Positions 61,518 through 64,000 of a stretch of 64,000 bases of DNA are shown here, piece after piece; within the stretch, counting starts at the first letter, position 1, and the number at the start of each line of letters is the position of its first letter. The notes beneath the pieces were generated by a model. It was not told the origin of the DNA and did no database searches. It saw only the letters and a list, made by a program, of their open reading frames with translations. The position numbers were made by a program, and so were the translations under genes. The stretch is from Psammoneis japonica (taxonomy: Eukaryota), in NCBI GenBank assembly GCA_008632985.1, contig QPGO01000004.1, positions 806,001 to 870,000 on the forward strand, read 5' to 3'.

Positions 61518-61888
61518 CCCTGTGCAGTTCAGTCAGTCTCTCCTCGCTCAGCTCTCGACTATTAACGGCTCCAGCAGTCCGTCTTTTGATTCCTAGCAAC
61601 AACCTTTATCACAGCGTATGTATGGTACTGCGCTGCGAGTTGGAATGCGCCATGCGCCATGGTGTGGCTGGTGGCTGGTGGCTGGTGGCTGAAGGTCCAG
61701 GGGCACAGGCTGAACGCGCACGCACACGCGTCACACCTCGAGTGCGCGATTATCGACTCGCCCGACTAAAAGAAACTGACCGGCGACGGCAAAGCGACGG
61801 CAGCAAAATCGAAATAAAAAAGTGACTCCGACGATGGCGTGCGCGAAAGACAACGCGGAGAAGAGCAGGTTTGAACGCAATAGAAACG

Positions 61889-63137
61889 ATGATCCCAATC
61901 CATCTGCTATCCCGTGTACCTGTTCGAACTCGTTGTCCTTGTAATACGAGAACACGTTGCTACAGGCTGTCGCTTCGAGGCTTTGCGTCGACCCCAACGC
62001 CTTCTTCGCAACAACGCACGCCGTCGGAAAGAAGCGCTGGAGAGCCCATCACTTGGGTAGATCGCGTCCTTCCAAAGAGCATACAGCCTTATGCACGCCT
62101 TGCGCGAATGGATAAGCCCATTGGAACAGCCTTGCTGCTTTGGCCCTGCTTTTGGTCCACCGCTTTGGCTGCTCCACCTGGTTGCCCTCCCGACATAAAA
62201 TTGCTTTCGTTGTTTGGCGTTGGTAAGTGATCGTTGTAAATGCGGGAGAATGCGATAATTTGGACCATGATATAACATAATCTTGCGTACAATCTATGTT
62301 TAGGTGCCTTTGTTATGCGAGGTGCTGGGTGTACAGTCAATGATATGTGGGACGCAGATTTCGACAAGGAGGTTGCAAGAACACGAACTCGACCGCTGGC
62401 TAGCGGAGACCTCACCCATACACAAGCAATGGCGTTTTTGGCAGCGCAGCTCTCTGTTGGCTTGGGAGTTTTGGTATCATTGCCACATACTTGGTATTGC
62501 TTTAAACTCGGTGCTGCTTCCCTCCCTTTGGTTGTGTGTTATCCGCTCATGAAACGATACACCAATTGGCCTCAACTCGTACTTGGGATGACGTTTAATT
62601 GGGGAGCGTTAATGGGGTGGGCTGCAACACATGGCGATCTTGATCTCAACGCCGTCTTGCCACTTTATCTATCGGGAGTGTCTTGGACTCTTGTGTACGA
62701 TACACTGTAAGTTGTTGACCAGCGCGAGTGTCGATGATCACTCGAGACGAGGCACATAGTCTCTTACAGTCTACCGTACTCATTGTCCTCTTCCCCCCCC
62801 CCCCCTTACAAGTTATGCTCACCAAGATAAAAGTGACGATAAAAAGTTGGGACTGAAGTCGACTGCTCTTTACTTTGGCAAGCAGACGAAACCAATTTTG
62901 CATGGCTTTGCTGCATGCTCGCTGATTGGTTGGGTTGCATCCGGACTAGCCGTGGGCTATACGTCACCAGCTTTCTTTGTAGGAAGCAGCGCAGCGTGGA
63001 TGCACTTGGTTTGGCAGGTTCATACTGCTGATCTGGACGAACCGAGCAATCTCGCAGATCGATTTCGAAGCAACAATACCGTCGGAGCTATTGTGTTTGG
63101 ATCGATTGTCACTGGCAGCATGACAATGGTGGCCTAA
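61889..63137 (+). CDS. COQ2: 4-hydroxybenzoate polyprenyltransferase (3 exons)
   Basis: [52 protein letters not shown]. Confidence 0.97.
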
Positions 63138-63425
63138 GGTATTGACATGGCTGTTCTACTCTCTATCGAGAGTCGCAATAAGAAATGTACCGGTTATATG
63201 ATACGCTCAAGCTCCAGAGATACCGGTACTGTACAGAGATATAGAGGTGATCCTGTTGAAGGTTATGCGTTCGTTCGTGGGAATGAAGGAGGAAGCAGTC
63301 CCGCTTCTGTGTCACGGGAGTTGAGAGTTATTGTTGTTGACAAAACCAAACACACAACACACACAAAATAATCGTCCCTTTCACAGCGATACAGAAACGA
63401 TAAATCAACAGCGTGACCATGAAAG

Positions 63426-64000
63426 ATGGCGAAGCAAACGATACTGATTCTGGCGTCGTTGACTCTCAAATCGAAAACGTCGAAAGCCTGGAATCTGCAG
63501 AATCCGAGATGACAGAAGAAGCGCAATCCACCGGCTGTTTTAGTCGACTGAGGGATGATTTTTGCCATCCATTCTTTGGGGTCAAGGAGGTGAATGGGGA
63601 AATTACAGATGTACAGGCTAGCTTTGCGCCCCAGCCGAAACTGAGGACACTGACCGCCAAGATTTGCCTTTTTGGTTGGAGCTTGTCGGTCCTCGCCCAA
63701 GGCATCGCAGAAATCGACACACCGGATTTCTATCTTGCGTACTTGACACATTGGTCCCTTGTTGTGGCGCTCATGTATATGATTGCATCCGTTGTGTTAA
63801 GTCTTCTGAAGGAGCCCGTACAGCCAGATGACAATGGTAGTCCTGGCTTCTCCGTCCGATTCACTTGGGCGTTGTATTCTATTGGCTCAGTAGCTGAGAT
63901 CACGGCAACTCTCTTATTTTGGATTCTTGTGTTTGACCCCAAGAATGGCGTCACATATGAGTTGCTGATGACTCACGGTGGTGTAATGGTTCTGATTTTG
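63426..64000 (+). CDS. Multi-pass membrane protein (rolling stone/FAR-17a-like), truncated by the window edge
   Basis: Open frame to the end of the window; FYLAYLTHWSL, TLLFW, THG. Confidence 0.7.

Noticed and set aside
62793..62805. Poly-C tract
   Set aside because: Polypyrimidine tract of COQ2 intron 2.

Overview
Gene-dense eukaryotic DNA with short GT-AG introns, most likely a pennate diatom (bipartite ASAF-type plastid presequences, diatom-like retroelements). About 22 host genes flank an ~18 kb retroelement graveyard (~23.2-41.3 kb). There a Ty3/gypsy element is split at its protease by a 7.8 kb Ambal-like LINE with an 18-bp target-site duplication, and a second decayed LINE lies next to it. 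The most striking signal is a sharply bounded hypermutation: TpA is converted to TpG/CpA (conserved Tyr becomes Cys/His; no TA at all across ~2 kb at 36277-38291), on top of CpG loss. It also hits an isolated host-like TMEM14-ankyrin-TIR-like gene at 17.6-19.4 kb. This resembles a RIP-like genome-defence process acting on A:T pairs. The second highlight is a head-to-head pair of putatively mitochondrial genes, a hybrid cluster protein (HCP) and a CPR-like diflavin reductase with NADH-type substitutions, which may be a eukaryotic analogue of bacterial hcp-hcr. All calls are by eye; no searches were run.
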